This document shows, piece by piece, positions 18,572 through 28,343 of a DNA stretch of 64,000 nt (the first letter of the stretch is position 1; the number at the start of each line of letters is the position of its first letter). The DNA is taken from NCBI GenBank assembly GCA_033763455.1, contig JANRKO010000006.1, positions 64,001-128,000 on the forward strand. The letters are read 5' to 3'. The DNA comes from Polyangiaceae bacterium. Lineage in GTDB: Bacteria; Myxococcota_A; Polyangia; Polyangiales; Polyangiaceae. The notes beneath the pieces were generated by a model, which did not search any database, was not told the origin of the DNA, and saw nothing but the letters and a program-made list of their open reading frames with translations. The translations under genes and the position numbers were made by a program.

Positions 18572-20353
18572 CTAGGGCACTTTGCGATAGAGAAAAGTAT
18601 CCGTCTGTGTGAGCGCTACTAGAAGGTCGCGGATGTCGCCCTTGGAATTGGCGAAGGTAGCTCGGAGCTGTTCCATGGCGCAGGCGTCTTCCTGAGCTTC
18701 CACCCGGCCATAGGCAAAGTGAAACCACCTGGTAGCGGCACAGTCACTCACCACGCGACTTGTCCCTAGCTTTGCACCGAGCTCCACCGCGCCAACGAAC
18801 GGCCCGTCGACATCGGTGTCGGTGAGCATTCCAGTCGCGTCGATAGGCTTTCCAGCTTCTTCGGTGCGCCACCGACCGACGGCGTCATAATGCTCCATAC
18901 CGAGGCCAATGGGATCGAGCTTCTGGTGGCACTGCGCGCACGCCGCATTGCTGGTGTGAGCAGCAAAGCGTTCTCGCGTCGTGAGCGCCGGGTCAAACGC
19001 GGGCACCATGATGTTGAGGTTGGTAGGGGGCGGGGAAGGCGTCTGGCAAAGAATGCTATCGCGGACAAAGAAGCCGCGCGTCACCGGGTTACCTTGCGTG
19101 GGGGTGGAGTGCCCAGCTAAGAGGCCCGCAAGGGTTAAGAGGCCCGACCTCTGAGTTGGTGGCTGCGACACCGCAACCAATGCGGTTGTGGAACCGGGTG
19201 CGCTCAGCCCATAGAACGCCGCCAAGGCATCATTCATGAACGAGTCGGGAGATTGAAGCAGTGCGGATAAGGTGCCCGCGCCGTCGAATACCGTGCGCTC
19301 CACGAAGGTATTGGCTTCCTCCCGCATCAACTGGGCAACCTCTGGTGTGAAGTCCGGAAAGAGCGTTGCATCCTTGGTGAGCTGCCCCATTGCCATGAAA
19401 TCCAACCACTGCGAGTGAAAGCTCACCACGTTGGATCGAGCCTTGGGGTTTTGAACAAGCCGCCGAGCTTGCGCCGCCACTTGCTCTTTGGTGGCCAGCT
19501 CCCCCCGTGCCGCGGCTCCGAGAAGCTCAGCATCCGGAGAACTCTGCGTGAGAGTGTACGAAAGGCGCGTAGCGCGCTCATACGGGCCGACCTCCACTAC
19601 GCCGGGTGCAGCCGGAAGCGCGGGGCCCGCGGTTTCCTGGAGTTCCATGCGGTACAGGAACTGCGGCGTCTGCAGGATAGCTGCGACCAGCATTGGAACC
19701 GCCTGAGCGAATCCGTAACTTGCCTTGGCCCCTTGGTAGAAAGCCCAATACCGGGCCTTTTCGGCCGGCGGGAGCGGGCGCCGAAAACTCTTCAACCCAA
19801 ACGAATTCAAGAACTGGTCCGCGCAAGCATCTTCTCCTGCGGTCGCAGGGTCACATCCGAGCAAGGCCGGCAGATCCTGACCCGCTGTTCCCGCCAGCAG
19901 AGTGGCCGCCGACTCGTATTGCTCAGCCAGTACCTGGCTTACGGAGCGAACAGTCGCGTTATTGTCGAATTGGTGGGCTCTCTCCTCCAAAGGGAACGCC
20001 CGAGCTGGTTTGGTGGTGATGCCAAGGATGGCCTCGACGGTGTTGTCGTACTCGGTATGGTTCAGCCTCCGAAGTGGCGCTGCTCCCGGCGAAACAAGCG
20101 TTGGGTTTAGGCACGGACCCACCGCGCCCCCGCCGCCCGCCGACGTTGCCCCACTACTCACAAGGCCGGCGCCGCCCGATGCAGAGCTGTCCCCGGACCC
20201 GAGCGCAGCCCCGCCGCTCCCAGTGGATACGCCAGTGTTGGTAACCGACGACGGACCGGCGCTCCGCTGCGCGGAGGTCGAGCATCCGACAAATGCCAAC
20301 GCTGCGCTGAGCATGAGCCCGCCTGACTTCAAGCCTGGAGGTCCTAGACGCAT
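18572..20353 (-). CDS. DUF1592/DUF1588-family heme-c lipoprotein (#2)
   Basis: Lipobox FVGC, Gly linker, LRRLNHTEYDNTV, PQFLYR, ATRLSY, RSGLLT, PVTRG, CAQCH, DPIGLGMEHYDAVGRWR. Confidence 0.92.
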   Translation of the reverse strand: MRLGPPGLKSGGLMLSAALAFVGCSTSAQRSAGPSSVTNTGVSTGSGGAALGSGDSSASGGAGLVSSGATSAGGGGAVGPCLNPTLVSPGAAPLRRLNHTEYDNTVEAILGITTKPARAFPLEERAHQFDNNATVRSVSQVLAEQYESAATLLAGTAGQDLPALLGCDPATAGEDACADQFLNSFGLKSFRRPLPPAEKARYWAFYQGAKASYGFAQAVPMLVAAILQTPQFLYRMELQETAGPALPAAPGVVEVGPYERATRLSYTLTQSSPDAELLGAAARGELATKEQVAAQARRLVQNPKARSNVVSFHSQWLDFMAMGQLTKDATLFPDFTPEVAQLMREEANTFVERTVFDGAGTLSALLQSPDSFMNDALAAFYGLSAPGSTTALVAVSQPPTQRSGLLTLAGLLAGHSTPTQGNPVTRGFFVRDSILCQTPSPPPTNLNIMVPAFDPALTTRERFAAHTSNAACAQCHQKLDPIGLGMEHYDAVGRWRTEEAGKPIDATGMLTDTDVDGPFVGAVELGAKLGTSRVVSDCAATRWFHFAYGRVEAQEDACAMEQLRATFANSKGDIRDLLVALTQTDTFLYRKVP

Positions 20354-20489
20354 AGATCGATCCTCTCGCTCCGTTTGCCACATCCGGTGCCGGTCACAGC
20401 CCGAGCCCAACTTTGGCTTTGAGCAGTAGGTGACCACCGACAGCCGGTAGCCAAAGCAAGGATGACAGACATGAACTTAGTTGTCAGCG

Positions 20490-20525
20490 AACAGTATTCG
20501 TCATGGTCCCACTATTTTGATCATG
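20490..20525 (-). promoter_or_regulatory. Possible AraC direct-repeat operator between AraC #2 and DUF1592 #2
   Basis: Minus strand CATGATCAAAATAGTG and CATGACGAATACTGTT, 20 bp apart, in an AT-richer divergent intergenic region. Confidence 0.35.
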
Positions 20526-20558
20526 TCTTGCGTGCGCCTGTGTTCTAATAGTGCATGA

Positions 20559-21491
20559 GTGAGCTCCATAAGGTGCGCTGCGTGGCAGCACCCCGATTGG
20601 CGCTCCAGGATTCAACCCATGCTCGCTCTGAATCGCCCGTATTCTCCATGGATCCACCTGGCTGGCACTGAGAGGCGCGGCTCGCGTTGGGCGGTGGTGC
20701 AGCGGGTGGTTGCCCATTATGTCCTGGTCGTGAACTACCAAGGCACGGAGGACATTGTTATCGCCGGCAATGCCTACGAGATCCCCGAAAAGGGAGCATA
20801 TCTCGTCCAACCAGGTGTGTTCATGGAGCGCATTGGCTCGCAGAAAGGGAGCCGCCCTGCATGGATCCATTTCGATCTCATCTATAACGAGCGCCGCAAT
20901 GAGCACAAGAATACCTATTCGTTCGATGGCTTGGAGGGGCGGGAACATCTGCTACAGCCGACAGCCAAGAGCGTGTGGGGTGTAGATCTGCCAGTACTGG
21001 TACCCAAGGCGTTGCTGCCCATGTTCACCCGAAGCGTCGACACCATCGTTCGTCGCTGGTTAACAGGTGACCCCTACGATCAGCTCTTCGCAAACCACGA
21101 ACTGCTAGGGCTCCTTCATGCATGGGTGCAGTACGAGCTACCAAGGAGCCTAGAAACGCTCGACATAGCGCCGGAAACGCGGTTGCGCCGAGCTGAAGCC
21201 AACGCAAGGTTAAACCTGGCCAAGAATTATGGCGTGGACGACTTTGCACGGGCAGCGGGGCTCGGAAGAGCGCAGTTCGCCCGTATCTTCAAGCAAGTGC
21301 GGGGCCTTCGCCCAGGAGAAGCGTTGAGGGATATGCGCATTGGCGAAGCCGAAAGGTTGCTTCGAACAACGCAGCTCAGCATTCAGGAAATTGGCCGTCG
21401 CGTGGGCTATCCTAATATCACAGTGCTAGCGCGCCTCTTTCGAGAACGACACGGTCTCAGCCCAACCGAATGGAGAGAAATGCATAGGTAG
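20559..21491 (+). CDS. AraC-family transcriptional regulator (#2)
   Basis: AWIHFDL cupin segment; C-terminal HTH VDDFARAAGLGRAQFARIFK...LSIQEIGRRVGY...FRERHGLSPTEWR. Divergent from DUF1592 #2. Confidence 0.93.
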   Translation: MSSIRCAAWQHPDWRSRIQPMLALNRPYSPWIHLAGTERRGSRWAVVQRVVAHYVLVVNYQGTEDIVIAGNAYEIPEKGAYLVQPGVFMERIGSQKGSRPAWIHFDLIYNERRNEHKNTYSFDGLEGREHLLQPTAKSVWGVDLPVLVPKALLPMFTRSVDTIVRRWLTGDPYDQLFANHELLGLLHAWVQYELPRSLETLDIAPETRLRRAEANARLNLAKNYGVDDFARAAGLGRAQFARIFKQVRGLRPGEALRDMRIGEAERLLRTTQLSIQEIGRRVGYPNITVLARLFRERHGLSPTEWREMHR

Positions 21492-22040
21492 CGCGTTCAG
21501 CCCGCGCTCAGGGATGCTTGGCGAAAACGTCCTAAAAGCGGGAAGCACGACCTGACCGGTTGTTGGCAAGACGACTTGAGCCATACCCGCCTGGGTTACC
21601 TGCGATGCCTCCGTATTTCGGTCGTCGAATCCCTGGAGTTCCAGCGTTAAATTGCCAGTTGTGCGGTTCACGAGAAACAAAGACTTCCCAGATTTGCTCA
21701 TCACGCCAAGCGGAACAATAGCTTGGGCGTCTTCAGTAGTAGCGCCCACCACGCTGCCGAGAGCGAGGCGATTAAAGAGCTCAAATACGTACGAAGCCGG
21801 GCGAGGCTTGAGTGCGGAATCAAGCTTTCCGTACCAACCGTCAGCTTCGTTCCAGGCCGCGCTCCCTGTAATATCCACTTTAGCAAAACCAACCAATGCC
21901 AATGCATCAAAGACGGCACCTTCGGCGCCGTTCATGCGTACGTCCGGCGGGGCGTAAGAGATATTGTATTCGTTGTGAAAAACCTCAAGCGTGATGCTCT
22001 GGTCCTTAGTTGGGGAGAAGCGGCCCCATGAAAAACATCC
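21426..22040 (-). pseudogene. C-terminal remnant of a clan GH-A (GH39-like) glycoside hydrolase
   Basis: Reading upstream of the 21935 ATG in frame gives LEVFHNEYNISYAPPDVRMNG..GAVFDAL...AWNEADGWYG...RPA, resembling a nucleophile strand plus beta-sandwich. The frame is closed by a stop at ~22041 with no N-terminal half, and the 3' end runs into the AraC gene. Confidence 0.6.
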
Positions 22041-22194
22041 TCAGCTTCTCAAAGGCACTCGACTGGTAGCCAAAGGCCGCCAAGGCGACGCTTGAGGTAA
22101 TCTGCGAGGCGTTGCCCCCATCGCAACGGGCGAGAGTCTGTTAGCGCGAATCACCCGAGCCTGCGTGACACAATTGGCATCGTGCGAACTTGTC

Positions 22195-22608
22195 TCAGGG
22201 CTCGTGAATTACCAGCCGAGCTCCAGCCAAGCCGAGGTGGAAATCTGTCGACCAGCAAGGTTCGATTTTCTTGGCCATCATGATGTGCAGCCCCAGGGCA
22301 TCGGTTAGCGTGAGCTCCTGATCGTCAAACCGTCGCGCAACCTCTGAGGCGGCTTGAATATCCTTCGCTCCTACCGAAAGCACACAGAGCGGCGTCAGGG
22401 CCTCAGCGAAGGCCAAGAACTGCTACGCCCGGTTGCGATCATATCGGCGCAGAAACCAAGCACGTCCCTCTGAAATCACAAGAGCCGTGGTGAACAAGCG
22501 CGGAGGCGACGCGAAGAGCCGCCTGAACAAAAAATGGTACGAGTCCGAACGATCTAGCAGCGCAACGAAGGCCGAGGTGTCGACATACGCATCAGGGCTT
22601 GCCGCCGT
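22195..22608 (-). pseudogene. Inactivated VapC/PIN-domain toxin
   Basis: ORFs 22423-22737 and 22195-22416 share one frame, separated by TAG at 22423-22425. Joined they give YVDTSAF...VISE...LTLTDA...STDFHL (137 codons from ACG at 22608). The expected start position reads ACG. Confidence 0.8.
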
Positions 22609-22816
22609 AGACGACCTCGTCAATGCTTTGGCTCGATTTCGAGTCGCCACTTTCCACCATCCCAGCAAAGCGCATCCATGGCTTTGAGTCATCCACGGGA
22701 AGTAGCGTCCGCAGGGATCGCCGGAGCAACTCGGCAAGAGAAACGCCGAGCCGCTCGGCCTCCGCCTTGGCTGCTTCGTACTCCTCTTCTGTGAGACTTA
22801 CGTGGGTGCGAACCAT
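22592..22816 (-). CDS. CopG/ribbon-helix-helix antitoxin (VapB-like)
   Basis: MVRTHVSLTEEEY...GVSLAELLRR...SIDEVVYG; overlaps the PIN gene. Confidence 0.85.
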   Translation of the reverse strand: MVRTHVSLTEEEYEAAKAEAERLGVSLAELLRRSLRTLLPVDDSKPWMRFAGMVESGDSKSSQSIDEVVYGGKP

Positions 22817-22818
22817 AG

Positions 22819-22847
22819 TGATAACAGCATGCCACGAAGTGTTATCA
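22819..22847. promoter_or_regulatory. Inverted-repeat operator for TA autoregulation
   Basis: TGATAACA-N13-TGTTATCA immediately upstream of the antitoxin ATG. Confidence 0.6.
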
Positions 22848-22940
22848 TCGGCAACCCTTCAGGGCGGAACGCAAAGAGATGCTCGGCGACTAAGCATCCC
22901 GCATGAGCGGGGCTTTTGGCTCGCAAATGCGAGCGCCACT

Positions 22941-25007
22941 TCAAATCGACGTTTGAAGTCGTTCCACTTCCACCCGCGCATCGTTGTAAGTGGCTTGCCC
23001 ACCGAGATCTGCAAGCGATTCGCCGATAAGCGCATTCGCAGTGTTGCCATTTTTCGTGTGGTGCCCCCAAAGCCCTTTGGGCAACACCACGACGCCTGTG
23101 CGCACTTCTGTGGAGAGCCGCACATCTACCCAGACTTCGCCAAGCTCGTTCCAAACGCGCACGGTATCACCTGCTTTGATGCCTCTCAAAGTTGCATCGT
23201 GAGGATGCATTTCGAGCGCGACGCAGCCTTTCCTTAGGTTACCGAACGTAGAGCTGATCTGTTGGGCAATTGCGGGCGAAATGAGGGCAAGCGGGAAGCG
23301 TTCACTTTTCGGATCTGCTCGGTAGTTATAGAGGCCATTGGCTTCTCGATCCAAAGCTTCGGGCACCAAATGGATCTTTTCGTCGGGTGTTGTTGGGAAA
23401 ACATCCATGAACGCAATGGGGTGTGCACCTGAGAGCGGCTCTGCAACGCCAGCTTGCTCCAATTGCTGTCGCAGGACGGCTCCTTCTGGCGTGGCTTGAA
23501 AGATGGCGTCAGAGATTTCCTGATCGGTGTTGGGATCGCCGGGTCGTGTGAGCGAAAGGCGCTGGCTGAGCTCGAAGAACAGCTCGGTATTGCTGCGAGC
23601 TTCACCTATGGGTGCCAGCACTGCTTTAGAATCGTAGAGCCGCATGGTGCCGTAACCACGACGGACTTCTCGGTGCTCAAGGAACGTAGTGGCTGGCAGG
23701 ATAACGTCCGCCAAAAGTGCGGTCTCTGTCACGGTTTGTTCGTGCACCACTACAAACAGGTCGTTGCGCGCAAGGGCGTGCCGTACTCCGTTTTGGTTCG
23801 GCGTCGTGGCCACGGGGTTCGCGTTGTAGACGAAAAGTGCCTCAATTCGTGGGTTCTCTGTTTCGTTGAGCACGCTCGCGAGTTGGCTCATGTTGAGGCC
23901 TCGGGTGGTGCTGGGAGGTTCTGCAATTCCGGGCTCCGCGTTGATACCGAAACGCGCATCCCCGTTTGAAAGTGTGTAGCCACCTCCGCGAACTCCGAAT
24001 TTCCCAGCCACAGCAGGTAGAGCGAGTACGGCGGCCACAGCACTACCGCCATTCCTGTTGCGTTCGAGGCCCCAGCCCGCTCGCACCGCAGCAGGCTCGG
24101 AGTGGGCATAGAGCTCGATGAAGCGCTCCAGCGTGGCCTCGGGGATGCCGCCTTCATTGGCAGCACGGGCAACTGTCCATTCGCGCGCTCGCTTCTCCAA
24201 TTCTTCGGCGCCCACGGTGTGCGCTGCTAAGAATTCCTTCGCTGCCAAGCCCCGCTCGAAGAGTGCCGCGATAACAGCCAGGGCCACGGGAAGGTCTGTG
24301 CCTGGACGGAGCGCGAGGTGCAAATCGGCTTTTCTTGCCAGCGGAGTGCTCCGGGGGTCGACCACCACCAGCTTGGCACCTCTCTCCCGTGCGCGTTCGA
24401 TGATGGGCACGAGGTGAATACCTGTAGCCGAAGGATTCACTCCCCAAAGCACAATGAGCCGAGAATGTTCGTAATCTTCCAAGGGCACGCCCGGCAGATG
24501 TCCATAGAGCCCACGTGTTGCAGCTGTGGTTGCGCACGCACACAGCGTACGCAAGCAACGCGAAGCACCAAGGCGTCGGAAGAAGCGTTCGGCGGTGCCA
24601 CCTTCGCTGATCCAGCCGTTGGAGCCGCCATAATGGTAGGGGAAAATGGCCTCCCCGCCCGCCCGGTCGCGGATCTCGCGCAGGCGGCCCGCAACCAGTG
24701 AGAGCGCTTCTTCCCACGAAGCACGGCGAAATTCAGCGGCAAGTGCGCGCTTTCTGGGAGGATGGCTCGACCCTGCATCGGGATGTTTGGGTGCCACCCG
24801 AACCATCGGGTAAAGGACGCGTTCATCTGAATACAGGTAGCGGTCGATGTTGCGTACCTTACCGCAGATGAAACCTGCGGTGATAGGCGAACGCTCACCG
24901 CCGTTCACGCGCAAGAGCTTGCCGGAGGTTTGGTCGACCTCTACTTTGAGGTCACAAATATCCGGGCAATCGAGCGGACACGCCGTATGTTGCACCTCAA
25001 GGCTCAT
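22941..25007 (-). CDS. Cytoplasmic molybdopterin (bis-MGD) oxidoreductase, DMSO-reductase family, substrate unknown
   Basis: HTACPLDCPDIC...FICGK Fe-S motif, WGVNP, VVVDPR, RPGTD, ADVILPATTFLE, MHPHDA..RGI..GD.VRV.N..G. No Tat signal. Confidence 0.92.
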   Translation of the reverse strand: MSLEVQHTACPLDCPDICDLKVEVDQTSGKLLRVNGGERSPITAGFICGKVRNIDRYLYSDERVLYPMVRVAPKHPDAGSSHPPRKRALAAEFRRASWEEALSLVAGRLREIRDRAGGEAIFPYHYGGSNGWISEGGTAERFFRRLGASRCLRTLCACATTAATRGLYGHLPGVPLEDYEHSRLIVLWGVNPSATGIHLVPIIERARERGAKLVVVDPRSTPLARKADLHLALRPGTDLPVALAVIAALFERGLAAKEFLAAHTVGAEELEKRAREWTVARAANEGGIPEATLERFIELYAHSEPAAVRAGWGLERNRNGGSAVAAVLALPAVAGKFGVRGGGYTLSNGDARFGINAEPGIAEPPSTTRGLNMSQLASVLNETENPRIEALFVYNANPVATTPNQNGVRHALARNDLFVVVHEQTVTETALLADVILPATTFLEHREVRRGYGTMRLYDSKAVLAPIGEARSNTELFFELSQRLSLTRPGDPNTDQEISDAIFQATPEGAVLRQQLEQAGVAEPLSGAHPIAFMDVFPTTPDEKIHLVPEALDREANGLYNYRADPKSERFPLALISPAIAQQISSTFGNLRKGCVALEMHPHDATLRGIKAGDTVRVWNELGEVWVDVRLSTEVRTGVVVLPKGLWGHHTKNGNTANALIGESLADLGGQATYNDARVEVERLQTSI

Positions 25008-25296
25008 GGTGCGGCCGTTTCTCCTGAGCGGTGAGGTCGATTCGTTGCTTTAGCCTTCTAAACCTGAAGAGGCCAAAGAGGCCGAGTGCTCCCGATAGCG
25101 GGATGAGAGCAATAGCGAAGGCGACTACCGCCCTATCATCCGCGAAGAGCTTCAGCAGTGTTACTGCTGATATCAACATCATGATGGTGGTGCGCGCGTA
25201 GGCCAGCAGCGTGCGCTCGTTGGCCAGGTGCGTTCTCTCCAGAGCGAGGTAGTCCCGAACGATGAGGTCAGTTTTTTCGGCTCTGTCGTAAGCCAT
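24997..25296 (-). CDS. DUF202 (YidH-like) small membrane protein
   Basis: RDYLALERTHLANERTLLAYART followed by two hydrophobic helices. Confidence 0.9.
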   Translation of the reverse strand: MAYDRAEKTDLIVRDYLALERTHLANERTLLAYARTTIMMLISAVTLLKLFADDRAVVAFAIALIPLSGALGLFGLFRFRRLKQRIDLTAQEKRPHHEP

Positions 25297-25348
25297 GTGG
25301 GAGTGCTTGGAGGGGCTAGTTGTGCTGTTGCTCTAGCGGGTTGCCATC

Positions 25349-25942
25349 CTACACGGAGGCCGCCCACGGCGCGCCTTGCTGCCGCACCATGGCTTCGAGC
25401 GTATGCTTGGGGCAAACATAGTCTTTCATGAATTGCACAAGAGCTGCGGCGAGCCCCCGCAACGCTTTGGCCGAGCCTTCATCGGTGACAGCTCCACTAT
25501 CGTCAAAAGCACCGCGCACGCCGGCGATGGAAACGGCGGCCGGCAGCACGATGGCGCCGGCATGTGCGCACACGCCGCGTAACTGCTCCAGCGACTTGAT
25601 CGCGCCGATGCGGCCCGCCGCCACACCCAGAAGCGCCACCGGTTTGCCGGCTAAGGCGGACGGAAAGCCTAGGTTTTCTATGATCAGTTTGGTCATAGCA
25701 GAGAAGGTGCCGTGGTATTCTGGAGTCGCTAGCACGATTGCGGGCGCTTGCTTCACTGCCGCGAGCAGGCGTTCCGCGTCGGGCGTCGACGGTTGCCCGG
25801 GGAACCCAAGCGTGATGGTGCGCGCGTCGACAGTCTCGGTGGTGGAGCCAAGCCTGGTCAGCTCAGCGGCCACAATAGCGAGGGCTCGGGAGGTGTAATT
25901 GTCGGGGCGGCTTGAGCCGGAAATGCACACGATGGGGTTCAT
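25349..25942 (-). CDS. NADPH-dependent FMN reductase (flavodoxin-like)
   Basis: ISGSSR, ATPEYHG, LAGKPVAL. Start set at MNPIVC (25942). Confidence 0.9.
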   Translation of the reverse strand: MNPIVCISGSSRPDNYTSRALAIVAAELTRLGSTTETVDARTITLGFPGQPSTPDAERLLAAVKQAPAIVLATPEYHGTFSAMTKLIIENLGFPSALAGKPVALLGVAAGRIGAIKSLEQLRGVCAHAGAIVLPAAVSIAGVRGAFDDSGAVTDEGSAKALRGLAAALVQFMKDYVCPKHTLEAMVRQQGAPWAASV

Positions 25943-26097
25943 GCGGCGCAGCATAGGGCTCAAGTGGGCCAGAGCAACCCAGACGACGGGCTCACTCCAG
26001 GTCGTTCGCCAGATCCTGCGCGGAGGCTTCGGCAGGTGGCTCGGAACTCGCGCTCTCAGGGCGAGCATTCCTACGAAATTGGCCCGGTGTTAGCCCC

Positions 26098-26796
26098 GTG
26101 AGCCGTTTGAAGGCAGTGGTCATGATCGACGGGCTAAAGAGCCACACTCAAGTTGGGGAGGATGCTGGGCACGGCAACGGCTTCATGACTTTGGGTTGTA
26201 CGCCGTTGACACCGGCCCCTGGCAGTCCGGACTTCTTCATTCCTGGCGGGATCACGTTCGCCCAGCACCTAGCGAAAACCATCAGTTCGAGCACCGTCCG
26301 GCGGTCAGTGCTGATTGCGCAGGGCAGCAAGCCGGACGACGAATTCAAATCCAACATGTTCGCCGAGGACCGCAACAAGCCGCTGCCGGCGTTCCAGAGC
26401 CCGACATCCTTGTACAAAGATCTGTTCGGCGACGGCATGGCGCAGGCCGCCGGAGTCGGTACAGAGGCTCCGAACAATCGGCTGCTTTTTGACGGAGTTC
26501 CTCACAATTACCACTTCACCTTCGAGCTCAATACCAAGTTCAAGTACAAGAAGGGGCAAGTGTTCACGTTCTTTGGGGATGATGACCTTTGGGTGTTCAT
26601 CGATAAGAAGCTGGCCTTGGATGCCGGCGGCCTGCACGGCCGACATGAAGCAGATGTGCAGCTTGATACGCTTAATTTGGTAGAGGGGATGGAGTACGAG
26701 TTGAGCGTATTCCACGCCGAGCGTCGCACGGATCAGTCGAACTTCGAGGTGACCACCAACATCACGTTTACGAACTGCAATCCCATTTTGCGGTAG
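26098..26796 (+). pseudogene. Chimeric ORF: internal DUF1552 fragment fused in frame to a fibro-slime C-terminal domain
   Basis: First ~130 aa resemble DUF1552 (VMIDGL, H, ITFAQHLA, SPTSLYKDLFG) without a Tat signal. The remainder (HNYHFTFELNTKF...FFGDDDLWVFID...FHAER) matches the two downstream fibro-slime genes. Confidence 0.7.
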
Positions 26797-27130
26797 ATTC
26801 GCGCTCGAAATAGTTGGGTGCTCAGCCTCAAATTGAGTGGGTGCTCCGCAAAGAAAGAGCCGTCGCCCTCAACCGGGCGACGGCTCTTCTGCATGGTGAC
26901 CAACGCGCTGCGACGGTACTAATGTCAGCCCCTGCGCTTCGGGCTGTCGCCAGTGTCGCCGAAGCGGATGCCCAGCATGGGGCGGATGACCAGCATGGGC
27001 GTCGCATTCACTAAACCCCGCGAGTTTTGGCTAGGTTCCCAGGGGTTTTGGCTAAGCTTGGGCCAATTTTCGGCCGATTCTCACGAGTTTCAGGGCCATC
27101 TCCTCGGTAAACCTGCGTTAGCATGCGGCG

Positions 27131-28084
27131 ATGAGCAAAACGCCGTTCTTCACAGTTGCAGCTTCTTCGCTCGCGGTCACAACTCTTCAGCTCATGCTTG
27201 GTTGCTCCGCGGGAAGCAACGATTCAGGAAAAGCGCAAGGGTCAATATCCCCCGCTACATCAGACGGTTCGGGTGGTGAGGGCAGCGGAGGTGGCCGACC
27301 AATATTCCAGGTGGCGCCGCCTACGGGCACGAACACAACGGCGATCGATCCGAACTTTGGCGTTGGCGTCCCAACGGGGTCGTGCAATCCAAAGTTGATT
27401 GGGGTTGTGCGGGACTTCAATTCTGCCGCCTCTCCCGTGAACCCGAATTCAGACTTCGAGACATTCGTTGGCACCGGTATTACGGCTGGTCTCGTGAAGC
27501 CAGTTCTTGGTGCGGATGGCGCGCCTGTCTATCAGGATCCGCAACCTCCGGGTAACGTCCAGCTCACGAGTGCGTCCAATTTTGCCCTTTGGTACAACAA
27601 GAAGCATCCTGCCAAGGCCACGATTCAGTTGGATTTAGATAACCCTACTGCATCAGCAGGCATCAAAAAGAGTGTTGATCAGGTCACCGGCGCCACGACT
27701 TACGAGTCCACCAGTTTTTTCCCGATAGATGGGGCAGGCACCCAATCGGAGGACCTCCCCTACTTCGACGAGCTTGCCCCGCCCAACCAGCATAACTTCC
27801 ACTTCACCTTCGAGCTCAATACGAAGTTCATTTACAAGCCGGGCCAAATCTTCACGTTCTTTGGGGACGACGATCTTTGGGTGTTTATCGACAAGAAGCT
27901 TGCTGTGGACGTGGGCGGGCTCCACGCTCAGGAATTGGGCTCGGTTGCTCTCGATACGCTCGGGCTTGTAGCTGGCAAAGAATATGAGCTCAGCGTGTTC
28001 CACGCGGAACGGCACACGGATCAATCAAACTTCAAGGCAACGACCAACATCACCTTTTCCAACTGCGAGCCGATTCTCCGCTGA
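27131..28084 (+). CDS. Fibro-slime (PA14-related) domain lipoprotein
   Basis: Lipobox MLGC; VVRDF, FFPIDG, HNFHFTFE, GDDDLWVFI, DVGGLH, FHAERHT. Confidence 0.9.
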   Translation: MSKTPFFTVAASSLAVTTLQLMLGCSAGSNDSGKAQGSISPATSDGSGGEGSGGGRPIFQVAPPTGTNTTAIDPNFGVGVPTGSCNPKLIGVVRDFNSAASPVNPNSDFETFVGTGITAGLVKPVLGADGAPVYQDPQPPGNVQLTSASNFALWYNKKHPAKATIQLDLDNPTASAGIKKSVDQVTGATTYESTSFFPIDGAGTQSEDLPYFDELAPPNQHNFHFTFELNTKFIYKPGQIFTFFGDDDLWVFIDKKLAVDVGGLHAQELGSVALDTLGLVAGKEYELSVFHAERHTDQSNFKATTNITFSNCEPILR

Positions 28085-28343
28085 TCGGACGAGGTAACTG
28101 CCGGGGCGCCCAATTGGCGGCGCGCCCCCAGCGATTGGATTCGTGTCGAGGCGCTTCTGCGTGCGAAGCAATAGGGATTTGTCCTAAGTCGTCGGGGTGC
28201 CTTGCGGTGGAAAAGTCGATCCACTGATTAAACGGTTTACTGACGCTTTGGCCCAGAGCTGTCAGTCTCCCGAGCAGACGACATCTTGCGAACTTTCGGC
28301 CGAACGCAACCAAAGGTCCGCAAACATCTCCATCGAGGGTCTC

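Noticed and set aside
22423..22425. Programmed amber readthrough or recoding in the PIN gene
   Set aside because: TAG serves as a normal stop for other genes in the window, and the same gene also appears to lack its start codon, so inactivation is the simpler explanation.
28103..28129. Hairpin between the fibro-slime paralogs as a terminator or REP element
   Set aside because: Short GC stem without a U-tract and no second copy found in the window.
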